Source: Podospora anserina (Eukaryota). From it: a DNA stretch of 64,000 nt. The DNA lies in the NCBI GenBank assembly GCA_017654855.1, contig CM030332.1:1302001-1366000 (forward strand), read 5' to 3'. Each line of letters begins with the position of its first letter. Within the stretch, counting starts at the first letter, position 1. Below the pieces are notes generated by a model that was given only the letters and a program-made list of their open reading frames with translations, was not told the origin of the DNA and did not search any database. The position numbers were made by a program, and so were the translations under genes. Shown here piece by piece: positions 61,765 through 64,000 of the stretch.

Positions 61765-62510
61765 TTTTAACTACATTTCTTGTACTTTTTAAAGAGAAGA
61801 AATATATTGGGGTATTTTTTGACGTTTAATTTATATATTCAGTGTAAGATTTTGTATAAAAGTAGTGTGAAAGTATGAAAGTAGTGTGAAAATGTATTAT
61901 TTATATACTAGTAAGATCTTAATAACGAAGAGAAGACTACATTAATGTGATAGTTTTAAAAGATAAATAAATCCTTAAAAGATGGTCACGGTTTTGGAAG
62001 ACAGTGGAGACGTAAGGAACAGACCAATGAGATTGGGACCGGGGACCGCGGCGGGGCTCACGGTCCACGGTCCACTATCGGCCAATAGGGAGAGGACCGA
62101 GGACCGTCTGGGAGTCAACGGTCCACGGTCTTTAGGTCTATATGTACGGAGGAACTGGCTGGTGTAGATAGACAGTTCCGCAGTATGCAATACAAGTCAC
62201 AATCGTTGGTATCTAGACTGTTGTGATTGAGACAAGCCATTTATTGTACACTGTTTAGCTGTACCGAACCAGGATTGTTCAGAAGTGCCTTTAGCCAGTA
62301 TCCTTTTCAGAGGTTCCGGATAGGGGTTCGTTACACTGGGTAGATATCTATAGTAATAGTAGCGGGGATTTTAGAAGCTAAATTTCTTAAGATTTTCACG
62401 TATTAAATCCTAACCCCGGGATAGGAGGTACGTATAAGATAAGAGAAAACTAGATATAAGACTGGGAGGGCATATATAAGATATTGGGGGAGGCACCTTG
62501 ATTAAGTCTC

Positions 62511-62547
<37 letters not shown>

Positions 62548-62580
62548 AATATCTTTATAATTTTATTTAAATCTAAAGAT
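61765..62580. mobile_element. AT-rich RIP-like transposon debris with a possible solo LTR (TG..CA, 62143-62335) and a (TA)n tract at ~62514-62543
   Basis: Sharp drop in GC and TpA excess at 61765-61980 and 62340-62580; segment bounded by TGTACGG...CGTTACA; no target-site duplication found. Confidence 0.45.
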
Positions 62581-63231
62581 TATGGGTGAAAGTGCTGTGG
62601 ATGGGGGTCCGACAAGTTGAAATAGAGGTCCCGAAAAGTATTGCGCATAAAATGTTTTGACGTTTGTACTTTTTTACCATGGCCTACCAGCTTGCCTTGG
62701 GGAAAGTAGCCCCCAAAGCAAGGGAGCACGTGCTCAATCTGTGGTCTTCATTCCTTGGCAACTTTCTGGAATGTTCACCAGTTGCAGGGTAATATTGAAA
62801 CTGTGCATTTCCTTCCCCGGATTCTGATCGCCGGAACCATTCTAGCTGCAGGACATCCAACCGGTGAAGCTATGGCGTCATTGGGCTTTGGTGCCACAGA
62901 GGCACAGAAAAGCCAATTAGCTCAGTTCTGAATCAAGCTTTTTCGGCATCGGGAACGGGCACTGGGGGAGATGGCGCGATTGGAGTGCGTTTAGACGTTT
63001 TCCCCCGGATCTTGAGGGTGGGAAGACCCGGATTGGGGGTGGGATCGTCGTTTAACAATTGAGGTTACGGTTACGGTAGGACGACTGCACAAGTTGACAG
63101 CTGGTTTAAGGGCGGGGGAGGGAGGAAATGGGATATGAAACTGGCCTTTTTTTCATCTTTTCAATTTGTTTGTTACTATTTACATGGTTCTTGTGTTGTT
63201 GTTTGCGAGTTCTGAGGTGAAGTGAGTTAGC

Positions 63232-64000
63232 ATGGTGGACAACAACGGTGCCATCACCGCAGCAAGCGGAAACAGCGACGGTGACGACAAGAAGGTTGGG
63301 GCTGGTGTAAACGGTGGGGGAGAAAACGAAAGAGACCACAACTCCTCCCTCTCTTCTGGCTCGGGCTCGGAGGAGTTCGACGACGCGATCCTACCTAGGG
63401 GGCAGGTCGATCCTGTGTATGAGGAGAAGGCGAGGATTCTAAACCGGGCGGTAATGTTTCCCCCCCCACTCTTCCCAATCATAATCATTACTAACTGAGA
63501 AAGCAGATCCAAGAAATAGGCATAGGACCCTACCAATACCTCCTCTTCCTCGTCGTCGGCTTCGGCTGGGCGAGCGACAACCTCTGGCCCATCGCCACGT
63601 CCCTCATCCTGCCCCCCGTCGCATTGGAATTCCTCCCTTCCCGCCCGGCATACCTCACCCTCGCGCAAAACATTGGGCTTTTGGCAGGGGCGATATTCTG
63701 GGGGTTTGGGTGTGATGTTTTTGGGAGGAAGTGGGCATTTAACCTCACGCTTGGGATCACGGCCGTGTTTGGGATGTGTGCTGCCTCCAGCCCAAACTTT
63801 GCGGCCATAGGGGTCTTTGCGAGCTTGTGGAGTTTTGGGGTGGGGGGAAACTTACCGGTGGACAGTGCGATCTTTTTGGAGTTTCTGCCGGGGAGTCATC
63901 AGTGGTTGTTGACTGTGTTAAGTGTGGACTGGGCGGTTGCGCAGGTGGTGGCTACGTTGGTTGCGTGGCCGCTTTTGGGCGGGATGACTTGTCAGGAGGG
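63232..64000 (+). CDS. MFS transporter (SV2-like/sugar-porter-related), 5' part only; intron 63451-63506
   Basis: DPVYEEKARILNRA|IQEIGIGPYQYLLF..VGFGWASDNLW, WGFGCDVFGRKWAFN, GVGGNLPVDSAIFLEFLP; runs off the window. Confidence 0.92.

Overview
Gene-dense window of a filamentous ascomycete genome (Sordariales-type, probably Podospora or a close relative; inferred from gene content, intron signals, codon style and RIP-like decay). It holds about 23 intact, mostly intron-containing genes: GCN5, OST5, rad1, an acidic-repeat orphan, a hexose-6-P epimerase, an F-box protein, a 995-aa membrane-anchored protein, HYPK, class II DAHP synthase, an SprT-like protease, an Spg5-like protein, PI-PLC, secreted and GPI-anchored proteins, alpha-tubulin, NOP12, DEP1, COA3, PTA1, a coiled-coil protein, a six-exon unknown and the 5' part of an MFS transporter. 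It also holds an intron-containing tRNA-Gly(CCC), a decayed Fe2OG-dioxygenase-family gene, repeat/transposon relics and microsatellites. The most striking observation is downstream of GCN5. The reading frame continues past the UAG stop for about 126 codons, interrupted only by further UAG codons, and encodes an AT-hook (PKRGRGRPP), polyQ, a DGDVAM motif and a basic RRSTR motif. This is a candidate cryptic C-terminal extension unlocked by A-to-I stop-loss editing or readthrough. Also notable: three apparent GC-AG introns, a highly structured PTA1 intron, and a 97-bp OST5-rad1 spacing. All family calls are from motif recognition by eye, not database searches.
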